From: Spirochaetota bacterium
GTDB lineage: Bacteria; Spirochaetota; UBA6919; CBDBPB01
Reading direction: 5' to 3'
Length of the DNA stretch: 64,000 nucleotides
Assembly (NCBI GenBank): GCA_965208615.1
Contig: CBDBPB010000007.1
Coordinates: forward strand, 96,001 to 160,000
Shown: positions 1 to 12,386 of the stretch, piece by piece
How positions within the stretch are numbered: position 1 is the first letter of the stretch
Layout: each line of letters begins with the position of its first letter
Notes under the pieces: model-generated
Told to the model about the DNA's origin: nothing
Database searches by the model: none
Seen by the model: the letters and a program-made list of their open reading frames with translations, nothing else
Translations under genes and position numbers: made by a program

Positions 1-1
1 T

Positions 2-358
2 ATACATACAAATAAGACTGCCGCATTAATTAGGGCATCTGTTGTAGTTGGGGCATATTCTGCTGGTGCTGAAGAGGATGACGTTAAAATCTGTAGGATA
101 TTTGGTTCATTAATTGGTTTAGCATTTCAGATTGCTGATGATATTTTAGATATTGAAGGGGATATAGAGGGCTTAGGTAAGGCTGTTGGAAAGGATCATG
201 AACATAATAAGCTTACCTATCCTGCATTATATGGTTTAGATAGTTCTAAGGAAAAGGCAAAGGAATTGATATTAGAGGCTAAGGATGTTATAAGCTCATT
301 TGATAATAGTTTATTGCTTAGTCAGTTAGCCGATTTGATAATAAACAGAGCTAATTAA
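2..358 (+). CDS. ispA: Polyprenyl (farnesyl/geranylgeranyl) diphosphate synthase, 3' part; start lies outside the window
   Basis: Hand translation of frame 2: IHTNKTAALI...GLAFQIADDILDIEG..LGKAVGKD...KLTYP (second Asp-rich motif); TAA at 356-358; lies upstream of dxs. Confidence 0.9.
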   Translation: MHTNKTAALIRASVVVGAYSAGAEEDDVKICRIFGSLIGLAFQIADDILDIEGDIEGLGKAVGKDHEHNKLTYPALYGLDSSKEKAKELILEAKDVISSFDNSLLLSQLADLIINRAN

Positions 359-421
359 TATTTTATAATATAGAAATATTTTTATTAGATTTATAATGGC
401 AGTTTAACTTGGAGTTTATTT

Positions 422-2302
422 ATGGGGTTATTAAATCAGATAGATAATCCGCAGGACTTAAAAAGGTTTAATCCAAAAGATTTACCTATTCTGAGTAAAG
501 AAATTAGAGAATTTATTAAGTTAATCGTATTCGAAAATGGTGGTCATCTTGCATCCAATCTTGGAGTAGTAGAGCTTACCATTGCACTACATTACGTTTT
601 TGACTTCTTAGTGGATAGTTTAATTTTTGATGTTAGTCATCAATGTTATACGCATAAAATATTGACTGGCAGAAGAAAGGTATTTAATACCTTAAGACAA
701 TTAAATGGTATTACAGGATTTACTAGTAAAAAAGAGAGTCCTTATGATATGTTTACTACTGGTCATGCAGGGACATCTATATCTACTGCACTTGGTATAT
801 CAGCCGCAAAGCGTCTTAGGGGTGATAATAGTAAAACTATTGTTATTATAGGGGATGCCTCTATTGGTACAGGAATGGCTTTTGAGGCTCTTAATCATGC
901 AGGACATATTGGGGAAAACTTAATTGTTATATTAAATGATAATGAGATGTCTATTGCAGAGACTGTTGGATCATTATCTACATATTTAGCTAAGGTACGC
1001 CTAGCACCTGTTTATAAGGACATGAAGCGTGAGTTTATACATTTAATTGATAAGATACCAAAATCAATGCGTAATCTTGTAAGGGATAAAATCCTTTTTT
1101 TAACTGAGTCTGTAAAAAGGCATATACACGAAGGACACTTATTTCAAGAGTTAAACTTTAATTATTATGGTCCTTTTGACGGCCATGATATACCAGTATT
1201 ACTAAAGGTTTTTAATACTGCTAATGACGTTAAAGGCCCTATACTACTCCATATCCTCACTGAGAAAGGAAGGGGATGTAATAGAGCAGTGAGTGATCCC
1301 GAAAAATATCATGGTATATCTCCTTCGGTTATTGATAAAGGTGGTACTACTAAAGTCTCTTTTACGGATGCATTTAGTAATTCTTTGATAGAGCTTGCTA
1401 ATAAGGATGAGAGAATTGTAGCTATTACTGCCGCTATGCCTGGGGGGACAGGCTTATCTAATTTTCAGAAAGTATTTCCTGATAGATATTTTGATACTGG
1501 AATCTGTGAACAGCATGCCATAGGATTAGCATCTGGATTAAGTATTATGGGTCAGAAGGTGGTATGTGCTATATACTCTACTTTTTTGCAAAGGGCTTAT
1601 GATCAGGTTTTTCAGGAGTTATGTCTTAATAATATTAATGTGGTATTGGTAATGGATCGTGCAGGGGTTGTTGGAGAGGATGGTGCAACACATTCTGGTG
1701 TTTTTGACATTGCTTATTTACGAACATTACCAAATATTGTTTTGATGTCGCCTAAGGATGGCTATGAGCTTAAAGAAATGCTTAAGTTTGCCCTTAGGAT
1801 TAATTATCCTGTTGGTATACGTTTTCCTCGTGGATATTGTAGTAATGCCTTTAAGGATATGGGTTTTAAGCCTATTGAGCTGGGAAAGGCAGAGCTATTA
1901 AGGGAGGGAGATGACCTTATACTAATTGGATATGGAACAATGACTGAGATTTGTTTTGAGGTTGCTAATAGGCTTACAGAGTTTAATATTGAGTCTAGTG
2001 TAATTAATCCTAGATTTGCAAAGCCTCTTGATAAAGAATTAATTTATGAGTTACTTGATAAAGAAAAGCCTATTTTGCTTGTGGAAGAGCATAGTATTGT
2101 TGGTGGCTTTGGTTCGGCTGTTTTAGAGATTGCTAATAGTATTGGTAAGGATACTTCAAATATTCATATAATAGGTATACCTGATCAATTTACTGATCAC
2201 GGAAATAGAGAACAACTTCTTTCAAGGCTTGGTTTGGATGTGGATGGTATTATATCATTTGTTAAGTCTATTTTGTCTATTGAAGAGTCAGTAAGGGTTT
2301 AA
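422..2302 (+). CDS. dxs: 1-deoxy-D-xylulose-5-phosphate synthase
   Basis: GGHLASNLGVVELT, GHAGTSIS, GDASIGTGMAFEALN, ILNDNEMSI, YSTFLQRAYDQ, DRAGVVGEDGATH. Confidence 0.97.
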   Translation: MGLLNQIDNPQDLKRFNPKDLPILSKEIREFIKLIVFENGGHLASNLGVVELTIALHYVFDFLVDSLIFDVSHQCYTHKILTGRRKVFNTLRQLNGITGFTSKKESPYDMFTTGHAGTSISTALGISAAKRLRGDNSKTIVIIGDASIGTGMAFEALNHAGHIGENLIVILNDNEMSIAETVGSLSTYLAKVRLAPVYKDMKREFIHLIDKIPKSMRNLVRDKILFLTESVKRHIHEGHLFQELNFNYYGPFDGHDIPVLLKVFNTANDVKGPILLHILTEKGRGCNRAVSDPEKYHGISPSVIDKGGTTKVSFTDAFSNSLIELANKDERIVAITAAMPGGTGLSNFQKVFPDRYFDTGICEQHAIGLASGLSIMGQKVVCAIYSTFLQRAYDQVFQELCLNNINVVLVMDRAGVVGEDGATHSGVFDIAYLRTLPNIVLMSPKDGYELKEMLKFALRINYPVGIRFPRGYCSNAFKDMGFKPIELGKAELLREGDDLILIGYGTMTEICFEVANRLTEFNIESSVINPRFAKPLDKELIYELLDKEKPILLVEEHSIVGGFGSAVLEIANSIGKDTSNIHIIGIPDQFTDHGNREQLLSRLGLDVDGIISFVKSILSIEESVRV

Positions 2303-2320
2303 TAAGTTAAAGAGAGGTTT

Positions 2321-4384
2321 ATGGGTTTATTCCAAAAGCAATTAGGGTTATATTTAATTGAGAGCAAACTATTTAATAAGATAGTTTTATGGAAGCATTA
2401 TTATACTAAAGAGAAGGAGTTATATAATGCTAAGGTTAACAGGTTTTTGTCATCTTTGGGTAGTAGGTTAGCTATTAAAAAAGATAAGGCTAGTTTGTTT
2501 AATCATAAATCAATGGATAAGCTAAGTCGCTCTATAGATAAAGGAAAGGACTTTTTATTATCTATTAGGGAACATGGATTATATTGGAATGGTAAGTTAG
2601 AGTCTAATGTTGGGTTAAATGCACAATATATACTGTTAAAGAGGTTTATGGCTATTGACAGGGATATTTGTGAAGATGAAAAAATCATTAACTATATTAT
2701 TAAAAACCAAAACAAGGACGGAAGTTGGAGTATTTATAAAGGTGGAAAAGGTCATATTAGCTATAGTATTCTATCATATTTTGCTTTAAAGGTATTTGGC
2801 TATTCAAAAGATAGTCCTATTATGAAAAGGGCTAAAGATTACATTATCAATAGTGGCGGTATTATAAAAGCGAATGTAGAAACAAGATTTTGGCTTGCTA
2901 TATATGGACAATACCCTTGGAAAGGTTTACCTCCTATTCCTGTTCAGATTATGTTAGCGCCCCTTAGTTTTACTTTTTCTATTTATAACATATCTTATTG
3001 GTGTAGAACGTCTTTAGTGCCTATGTCTATTATTTATAATAAGAAAACCACTGTTGATATTGATATTTCTATTGATGAGCTTTATACCTATGATGTTGAT
3101 ATACATAAGATTACCTTTGATGCTAAGATATCAAGGTTATTTAGTCTTGAAAGCATACTTCTTCAGATGAGCAAGGTGGCAAAGGTTTTAGAAAAGGTAT
3201 CTATTGACATATTGGATAATATATCTATAAAAAAGGCTAAGGATTGGATTTTAAACCATCAAGATGAACAAGGTGATTGGGGGGGAATATATCCCGCTAT
3301 TCAGTATTCTGTTATGGCGCTTAAGGTTTTAGGTTATGATAATACTTATGGTCCTATAAAAAGGGGTTTAGAGGCTTTAAAGAGGCTTCAAATTGAGAGT
3401 AAGGATGATATTATGTTGTCCCCTTGCACCTCTCCTGTTTGGGATACTGCCTGGAGCTTAATAGCATTAAATAATATTCCTTATTCTGTTTGTGGTATTG
3501 ATAGTTCTGTTGAATGGTTATTTAGTAAGCAGATTTTTCGTGAGGGTGATTGGTGTATACGTAATCCTAATATCTTACCTGGAGGCTGGTCTTTTCAGTT
3601 TAACAATGATTTTTACCCCGATGTGGATGATACTGCTGTTGTACTCATGGCTATATTGCCAAACATAAAAAATGATAAACATAAAAATAGTGTTAAGGTT
3701 GGTATAAACTGGGTTTTGTCAATGCAGAACAGTGATGGTGGGTGGGGTGCTTTTGAGCGAAACGTAAATAAAGAAATTATGAATTATTTACCTATTAATG
3801 ATATTAAAAACTTCCTTGATCAGAGTACTTCTGATGTTACTGGTAGAGTGATAGAGCTTTTGGGAAAGTTAGACTTCTCTATTGAAGAGCCTATTATAAG
3901 AAGGGCTATAAACTTTATCAAAACTGAGCAGGAAAACTTTGGTGCATGGTATGGTAGATGGGGAGTTAATTATATTTATGGTACGTGGAGTGTAATTAGG
4001 GGATTAGTTAGTATTAAGGAGAATATCAATAGTGATTATATACAAAAGGCTATTGCTTGGTTAAAGGGCTGTCAAAACCCTGATGGGGGTTGGGGAGAGA
4101 GTTGTTTATCCTATGAGGATATTCGTTATGCTGGAAAAGGAGAGAGTACTCCAAGTCAGACTGCATGGGCATTGATGACCTTAGTTGATACTAATGAGGC
4201 TTATAGTGAATCTGTTAATAGGGCTATTGCTTATCTTTTATCTACTCAAAATAAAGAGGGCGGATGGGATGAAGAGTTATATACTGGAACAGGTTTTGAA
4301 AAGGCTTTTTATTTGAGATATGATTATTATTCATATTATTTTCCTATACTTGCTCTTGTTAGTTATTACAATAAAGTTAGTTAG
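2321..4384 (+). CDS. shc: Squalene-hopene cyclase
   Basis: Catalytic YPDVDDTA (DXDD), SPVWDTA, QW repeats (QNSDGGWG, QNPDGGWGE), WYGRWGVNYIYGT. Confidence 0.93.
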   Translation: MGLFQKQLGLYLIESKLFNKIVLWKHYYTKEKELYNAKVNRFLSSLGSRLAIKKDKASLFNHKSMDKLSRSIDKGKDFLLSIREHGLYWNGKLESNVGLNAQYILLKRFMAIDRDICEDEKIINYIIKNQNKDGSWSIYKGGKGHISYSILSYFALKVFGYSKDSPIMKRAKDYIINSGGIIKANVETRFWLAIYGQYPWKGLPPIPVQIMLAPLSFTFSIYNISYWCRTSLVPMSIIYNKKTTVDIDISIDELYTYDVDIHKITFDAKISRLFSLESILLQMSKVAKVLEKVSIDILDNISIKKAKDWILNHQDEQGDWGGIYPAIQYSVMALKVLGYDNTYGPIKRGLEALKRLQIESKDDIMLSPCTSPVWDTAWSLIALNNIPYSVCGIDSSVEWLFSKQIFREGDWCIRNPNILPGGWSFQFNNDFYPDVDDTAVVLMAILPNIKNDKHKNSVKVGINWVLSMQNSDGGWGAFERNVNKEIMNYLPINDIKNFLDQSTSDVTGRVIELLGKLDFSIEEPIIRRAINFIKTEQENFGAWYGRWGVNYIYGTWSVIRGLVSIKENINSDYIQKAIAWLKGCQNPDGGWGESCLSYEDIRYAGKGESTPSQTAWALMTLVDTNEAYSESVNRAIAYLLSTQNKEGGWDEELYTGTGFEKAFYLRYDYYSYYFPILALVSYYNKVS

Positions 4385-4402
4385 TTTAAATCTTTATTTA
4401 GG

Positions 4403-6832
4403 TTATGCAGTTTTTGTTTTTTTTAAGAAGTCATCTGACTCTGAAAGATTTAGTGGATGACTAAAAAAATAGCCTTGTCCGTTATTGCAGTCCTTATTTA
4501 CTAAGTAATTAAGTTGATTTTTGTTTTCTATTCCCTCTGCCACTATATTTAGTGATAGATCGTGTCCTAAAGATATAATAGCAGTAACTATAGCCTTATT
4601 ATCAATATCCTTATCTATGTTTTTTAGGAATATCTTATCAATTTTTAGAGTGTCAATTGGGAACTTCTTTAGATAATTTAATGATGAATAACCAGTACCA
4701 AAGTCATCAATGGCGATTTTAATACCCATAGCCTTTAGCTCATTGAGATATTTAATAGTAGTGTCGACGTTTTTCATGATTACGCTTTCAGTAATTTCTA
4801 GTTCTAAGAACTTTCCATCAATGTGTTCATCGGCGAGTATCTTTTTTATTCTTTTTACAAGGTTCTTTTGTCTAAACTGCACTGCTGATAAATTAACTGC
4901 TATTGTTAAATTATTATATCCTTGTTTATGCCATGAAGCAAGTTGTCTACAAGCATTTCTTAATGTCCACTCGCCAATGGCAACGATAAAGCCTGACTCT
5001 TCAGCAAGGGGAATGAATACATTTGGTAAGATCAAGCCATATTTTGGTGAGTTCCATCGTAAAAGTGCCTCCATTCCAACAATTTTATTTGTTTTACAAT
5101 CAAACTGAGGCTGATAATATAGCTCTAGCTCCTTATTTTTCAAAACCTTATAGAGCTCTATTATTATAGTCATATGCTCTCGTGTTTTGCTATTTATCTC
5201 TTCAGAATAAAACTGATACTCATTTTTACCAGAATTCTTTGAATAATACATTGCTATATCTGACTTTTGCATAAGGACAGTTTTATTAGTACCATCAATA
5301 GGGTAGAGTGCTATTCCCACACAACAAGTAATAAACATTTCATATTTGTCTATGGTAAGAGAAGTGGATACATTTTTAATTATTTTACTTGCGATCTTTG
5401 CAACAGTCTTGGGATTATTAACATTAGTTATTATAATTGCAAACTCGTCTCCAGATAGCCTTGCTACGGTATCTGTTTCTCTAAATAGATTTTGTAGCCT
5501 ATATGCAGTTGTTTTCAAGAGCTGATCACCAACTGGATGTCCATAGGTATCATTAACTTTCTTAAAGTTATCGAGGTCAATTAGCATTAGTGCAACCATT
5601 CCATTTGTTCTTGAGGCATTTAATACTGCCTGATTGATTCGCTCATTGAATAAAGTTCTATTTGCTAATCCGGTTAGTGAGTCGTGGTATGCCAGGAAGT
5701 GAAGCTTTTTTTCAGCACTTTTTAAATGAGAAATATTTTTGATAATACCCTGATAACCAACAAGACAATGATTTTCATCAAATTGTGTACTTGACGTTAA
5801 AAGACATTGAACAATAGAATCGTTTCTTCTTTTCATATCAACTGCAAAGCCATTAACAACATCTTCTTTTTCTAGGGTATCTTTAAATTTTATCCAGTCT
5901 TCATTATTAAAAAATAACTTTTCAAGTTTTAATCCTAACATCTCATCATGACTATAACTAAAAAGTTTGACTCCAGCTTTGTTTATGTCATATATAACCT
6001 TATCTGGAGTGGTTAAATATATTACATCTTGCGAGTTTTCAAATAGCGTTCTATAACGTTTTTCGCTTTTTTTTAACTCTTCTTCGGCCTGCTTTCTTAG
6101 AGTAACATCTCTGGATATAACCAAAGCATGGGTAACTAAGTTGTTTTCATTAAAATATGGATAATAAATAATCTCGAAGCATCTTTTATCGTTACTGGCA
6201 AACTCAAACCATGCAAAATCATAAATTTCTTTTCCGCTAAAGCACTCATCTAAACACTTTTTAATAAATTTATAGGCTCTTTTCTTACCCCAAACCTCAA
6301 CTATGGTCTTACCTATAATCTCTTCTCTAGCTTTATTGGAGCCGATACAATAAGTATCATTAACAACTTCGTAAATATAATCCCGGTTTATTAATGACAT
6401 ACGTTCTTTTGAGTTGTTGATTAAAAATTCATAACGCTTCCAATTATTTTCTTGTTCTATATTTTTTGTTCTATCCAGCAGTACAACTAAATATACAGCC
6501 TTAGAGTTATTTTGATCTAGCTTAGAAAAAAGTAACTCTACCCATAAAGTTTCGTTGTTAGTCTTATTTATGCAGGTTTTTAAGTGATAATAGTTTCTTG
6601 GATTTTTTTCAAGTTCTGAAGTGAATTTGTACATCTTTTTAAAATAGTCAGTAGAAACTATATCCAAAATAGACAAGCTAGTTAACACATCAGAACTATA
6701 AGAGAGCTTAGTAATAAGCTTATCATTAAATGAGATAAACTTGCTTTTTTCATTAATAATAAACATTGGGATATGAGATTTCTCAACTATACTCTGATAT
6801 GGGTCTATAAAATCATACTTTAAAGGCTCCAC
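4403..6832 (-). CDS. Multi-PAS diguanylate cyclase/phosphodiesterase (GGDEF-EAL)
   Basis: HDSLTGLANR, DLDNFKKVNDTYGH, RLSGDEF, MEALLRW, IDDFGTGYSSL; PAS-like N-terminal domains. Confidence 0.93.
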   Translation of the reverse strand: MEPLKYDFIDPYQSIVEKSHIPMFIINEKSKFISFNDKLITKLSYSSDVLTSLSILDIVSTDYFKKMYKFTSELEKNPRNYYHLKTCINKTNNETLWVELLFSKLDQNNSKAVYLVVLLDRTKNIEQENNWKRYEFLINNSKERMSLINRDYIYEVVNDTYCIGSNKAREEIIGKTIVEVWGKKRAYKFIKKCLDECFSGKEIYDFAWFEFASNDKRCFEIIYYPYFNENNLVTHALVISRDVTLRKQAEEELKKSEKRYRTLFENSQDVIYLTTPDKVIYDINKAGVKLFSYSHDEMLGLKLEKLFFNNEDWIKFKDTLEKEDVVNGFAVDMKRRNDSIVQCLLTSSTQFDENHCLVGYQGIIKNISHLKSAEKKLHFLAYHDSLTGLANRTLFNERINQAVLNASRTNGMVALMLIDLDNFKKVNDTYGHPVGDQLLKTTAYRLQNLFRETDTVARLSGDEFAIIITNVNNPKTVAKIASKIIKNVSTSLTIDKYEMFITCCVGIALYPIDGTNKTVLMQKSDIAMYYSKNSGKNEYQFYSEEINSKTREHMTIIIELYKVLKNKELELYYQPQFDCKTNKIVGMEALLRWNSPKYGLILPNVFIPLAEESGFIVAIGEWTLRNACRQLASWHKQGYNNLTIAVNLSAVQFRQKNLVKRIKKILADEHIDGKFLELEITESVIMKNVDTTIKYLNELKAMGIKIAIDDFGTGYSSLNYLKKFPIDTLKIDKIFLKNIDKDIDNKAIVTAIISLGHDLSLNIVAEGIENKNQLNYLVNKDCNNGQGYFFSHPLNLSESDDFLKKTKTA

Positions 6833-7045
6833 TATAATACTTGTCTCCTGAACATGGATAGTTTATTTTACTACTATCGTATGCAGAATAAAACACTTGT
6901 ATTAATACTAGGCAATTTATTTTAGTTAACTTTTTTCTATTTTTGATAAATTGTAGTATATTTATATAAAATTTATAAAGGTTACATAGACTGACTTATT
7001 GTTTAGTAGTCTTTTGCAAAAACTATAAAGTTAAAGGAGTATACT

Positions 7046-7222
7046 ATGAGTCAAGAGGATCAAATAATAGAAGCAATGAAAAATGCTGGCAAACCTCTAA
7101 AAAACGCTGAAATAGCCCAGCTAACAGGTATTGATAGCAAAGCTATTACCAAATTAATGAAATCCCTAAAGGATAATGGTAAAATTACATCTCCGAAAAG
7201 ATGTTATTATCAGCCTGTATAA
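7046..7222 (+). CDS. Small (58 aa) winged helix-turn-helix protein, below the ORF-track size cut-off
   Basis: RBS AAAGGAG then MSQEDQIIEAMKNAGKPLKNAEIAQLTGIDSKAITKLMKSLKDNGKITSPKRCYYQPV. Confidence 0.8.
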   Translation: MSQEDQIIEAMKNAGKPLKNAEIAQLTGIDSKAITKLMKSLKDNGKITSPKRCYYQPV

Positions 7223-7260
7223 AAAATAAGTTTCTAATAACTAAAAAACTAATATTATTA

Positions 7261-7280
7261 GCTTGAGGCAAGTCTCAGGC
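7261..7280 (+). terminator. Hairpin after the small HTH gene
   Basis: GCTTGAGG-CAAG-TCTCAGGC stem with G-U pairs, followed by T-rich sequence. Confidence 0.4.
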
Positions 7281-7294
7281 TATTAAATCTTTGT

Positions 7295-7900
7295 TTGTTA
7301 ATGGAGGATACTATCTCAAACTTTAATGGTATACATCATATAGCCTTAGCTACAAACGATATGGACAAAACTATAAGGTTCTGGAGAGACTTCCTAAAAC
7401 TTAAAATTGTTTTAACTAGCGGTAAACCAGGTGAAAAACAATATTTCTTTGAACTATCAAAAAATAATATGATAGCCTTTTTTGAGTGGCCTAATATAAA
7501 TAAATTTCCGTATAAGCGTCATGGAGAAAAATCGGATAAGCCGTTTATATTTGACCATTTATCTATTGGAGTTAATAGTTATAAAGAGTTAACCGAATTA
7601 CAAGATAGGCTAATAGAGGCTGAAATGCCAGTATCTAACATAATTGATCACGGATTTATATACTCTATTTATAGTTATGATCCGAATGCCATTCCCATAG
7701 AGTTTACCTACTCTAAAGAGAGTATCAATATTAGAGAAAACCCTGTTATGGGTGACCCTAATCCAAGTGGGATAACTCTAGAAGGTAATGTTCCACAAAA
7801 TAATATGTGGCCCACTCCAGAATATAGCTATAATGAAGAGGATCATCCCATTATAAAAGGCGAAGGGAGTGAGCTTTTTTCTAAAAATAAAACCAAATAA
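7295..7900 (+). CDS. VOC (glyoxalase-like) family protein
   Basis: GIHHIALATNDMDKTIRFW, FDHLSIGV, SIYSYDPNAIPIEF. Confidence 0.85.
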   Translation: MLMEDTISNFNGIHHIALATNDMDKTIRFWRDFLKLKIVLTSGKPGEKQYFFELSKNNMIAFFEWPNINKFPYKRHGEKSDKPFIFDHLSIGVNSYKELTELQDRLIEAEMPVSNIIDHGFIYSIYSYDPNAIPIEFTYSKESINIRENPVMGDPNPSGITLEGNVPQNNMWPTPEYSYNEEDHPIIKGEGSELFSKNKTK

Positions 7901-7907
7901 ATAATAA

Positions 7908-8336
7908 CTATGTTCCTATCATAGCACTGGACTTAATTCTATTAAGCTCATCCATAAATAGGTCATGTTTTCGTTCATCCTCGAGTAAATACTTTAATAA
8001 CATCCTTGGTATTGGTAATTTTGTTTTGTTAACTGCATTTTCAGCTGTCTCAACCGCTGTTTTTTCGATGATTGAGTGCCTTTCTATAAAGCTGTCTATG
8101 ATTTTCATATCATCTTGATCAAAGGTAATAGTAGACTCAATATGTAGTCTAATACCCTCCAATATATGCTTATGTTTTACAGAATCCCTTTTTAAAAGAT
8201 CAATTAGGATTTGTACCATAGGATTTTTAGCTTGTTTAATAAGGTCATCAGCCATATTAATAGTGTTATCTTCTATGGTTATCCATCTTTGGATTAGGGT
8301 TTTAAACTCTTCTCTTTCTTGGGAAGCCTTATTCAT
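7908..8336 (-). CDS. Ferritin-like/rubrerythrin-type four-helix protein
   Basis: Paired (D/E)xxKH motifs (DSVKH, DERKH) in a helical 142-aa protein. Confidence 0.6.
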   Translation of the reverse strand: MNKASQEREEFKTLIQRWITIEDNTINMADDLIKQAKNPMVQILIDLLKRDSVKHKHILEGIRLHIESTITFDQDDMKIIDSFIERHSIIEKTAVETAENAVNKTKLPIPRMLLKYLLEDERKHDLFMDELNRIKSSAMIGT

Positions 8337-8485
8337 ATTATATACTCCTATTAGATTATATAAGTATATAGTATAACAAATAAAAAGCTAACACAGTTCC
8401 AGCATTTATCTTTGGGGACTTTTTATAGTATAAGAACTAAATAAATCCCATAATGATCTACTGATGTTAAGCCTAGAAGGATAAC

Positions 8486-10443
8486 TTAGTAAAATAAATA
8501 TAACATACCAACCATAACCACCAAAAAAATAATAGTCATACCAGACCCCGCTTTAACATAGTCTATGGTTCTATATCCCCCAGGCCTCATAACAAGGGCA
8601 TTAACCTGATGAGTGGGTATAATAAACGTATTGGACGCAGATAAAGCAACAACTAATGCGGCCATTCTGGGGTCTACACCAGCTTTAACAGCCATGCTTA
8701 TAGCAAGAGGTACTAATAATACGGTTGCTCCAACGTTTGATACCACCAGAGTAAAGAATGACGTCATTAAACCAATAACTAAAAGAAAAATAATAGGTGA
8801 AACAGCTCCAATTATACTCATAATATTATTAGCAATATAACCAGCCGCTCCAGTCTCTGCAAAAGCCTTTCCTAAAGGAATAAGTCCCGCTAATAAAAAT
8901 ACAGTCATCCAGTCAACGGACTTATAAGCCTCGTCAACGCTCATAACCTTTGTTACAATCATGCCTAAAGCACCAGTCAATAAGGCAATGGATAACTTAA
9001 TATCAGTTGCCATAACCAAAATTAATGCAATAACTAACCATGCAAAAGCTAATGGAGCCTTCTCAGTTCTAACTACATCACCTTTTATATCAGTGGTAAA
9101 GGTAAATGTATCCTGATTCTTTAGAAAGTGAAACTTCTCCCATCTACCAAATAACAAAAAAGCATCTCCAACGTTAACCTTAGTCTTAGATAGATCACTA
9201 AATATACTACCACCTTGTCTGGATAAAACTATAGGATTAACCTCATAGGTTTTTCTAAAGTTAAAGTCAATCATACGCTTGCCAACTAGATCAGACCTAG
9301 GAGTGATTATACCTTCAATCATACCCGCATTATTGGGGGATAAATCTTCAGCAAAAACATTAAGATCATCCTTTAGATTAAAACCGAAGTCATTTGCTAA
9401 GTTTCTAATTTTATCAGAAAAAGCAATAACAGCGATATCATTTCCCGGTTTAAGAGTGTCATACTTACTTGGATGAAAGTTCTTACGCCTTTTACTAGCT
9501 ATTGCCACAATAGTAAGACCATATTTCTCCCTTAGTCCAAAATCTTTTAACTCCCTTTTATCACTAAAACCCTCAGGAACACCTAAGCTCATAAATGCCG
9601 GAGAACTCTTGATAAGTATCCGAAATAGACTTTGGTAATAAATCAGCAGAATCATCATCGCCCTGTTTTTTGGGTAGAATAAACTTTCCAAAAATAACAA
9701 AATATAATATAGCACTAACAGCTAATGCCAAACCTATTGGTGTTTGTTCGAATAAGTTAAAATGCTCTAACTCTTTACCATCAAAAACTAAAAGCTCGTT
9801 CAACAGTATAGTAGGACTAGCACCAACTAATGTAATAGTACCCCCAACAATAGCACAAAAGCCCATAGGCATTAATATACGGGATACAGGTATTTTAACT
9901 TGTTTACTTATCCTAATGGCGGCAGGCATAAATAGTGCCGCAGCACCAATGTTCTGCATAAAGCTAGATATAATAGCTACAGTACCAGATATTACAGAAA
10001 TTATACGACTCTCTGACTTGCCAGCAATAGATAACACTTTTCTAGCCAGTATATTAATAACTCCAGTTTTATCTAGCCCTGCACCAATAATAATAACAGC
10101 AATAATGGATACTACCGCATTACTACTTAATCCACTAATGGCATCAGCCGCACTCAAAAATGGTTTATCGCTACCCTGAATCAGCATCATAACATAAGCT
10201 ACAATGGGTATAAATACCATCATAATAATTCCAACAACATCGACCCTAACCCATTCAAAAATAAAAAGGGCTATAGCAAAAATAAGTATACATATGAACA
10301 ACAGCCATCTCAGTAGTTAAACCAAGAGCATTGCTATTAGACCCACTGGACGTAGCAAAAACAATGTTAACAATACATAACAAAATACCCACTAAAGCAA
10401 TAGGCAATACTAACTTTCTCCTTATTCTGAACATATTGAACAT
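8486..10443 (-). CDS. SLC13/CitM-type permease with TrkA-C (RCK-C) domains, split into three ORFs by two +1 indels (~10297, ~9581)
   Basis: RVDVVGI, SSFMQNIGA, GGTITLVGASPTI, SNVGATVLLVP, PTHQVNALVMRPGGY; removing two bases gives one 651-aa frame. Confidence 0.85.
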
Positions 10444-10633
10444 ATCTTCTCCTTAAATATTAATGTATCTATAAATAAAAAGTTTATAAGCTTAATAAAA
10501 TATAACAGATAGTGGTAAATGATTGTAATGATGGTTTAGATCTTTTATACTTAGAAACAAAACAAAAAAGGATAAAGTTCCCTTGGTATAGAAAGTTGGA
10601 GAGAATAGATTATGCGGATAATCTAATGGAAAA

Positions 10634-10876
10634 CTATTTAATCTTATTAGTAAAAATTACCACATTGTTATCCTTAACCTCAGAAAAGCCTTTTTCAATT
10701 TGATATTGTGTTAATTTTCCAGCGGAGTCTATTTCTAGTCTACCCTTCCTAAGAAGGGTTATAATAGGGGCATGATCCTCTAATATACCAAGATCACCGT
10801 CTAATCCAGGCATTATAATAGAATCAACCTGTCCTTCAAAAAATAAAGATTCAGGAGTTACAATCTTACACCTCAT
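10634..10876 (-). CDS. atpC: ATP synthase F1 epsilon subunit (short, N-terminal domain only)
   Basis: IVTPE, MPGLDGDLGILEDHAP; last gene of the atp operon. Confidence 0.92.
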   Translation of the reverse strand: MRCKIVTPESLFFEGQVDSIIMPGLDGDLGILEDHAPIITLLRKGRLEIDSAGKLTQYQIEKGFSEVKDNNVVIFTNKIK

Positions 10877-10879
10877 AAC

Positions 10880-12302
<1,423 letters not shown>

Positions 12303-12386
12303 TTACTATAAAAAAAGCAATACTTTTCTCAATTTTAAACACTATGTGCATAAAAAATAATTTATTATAAATGTTAATAAGTTTAA

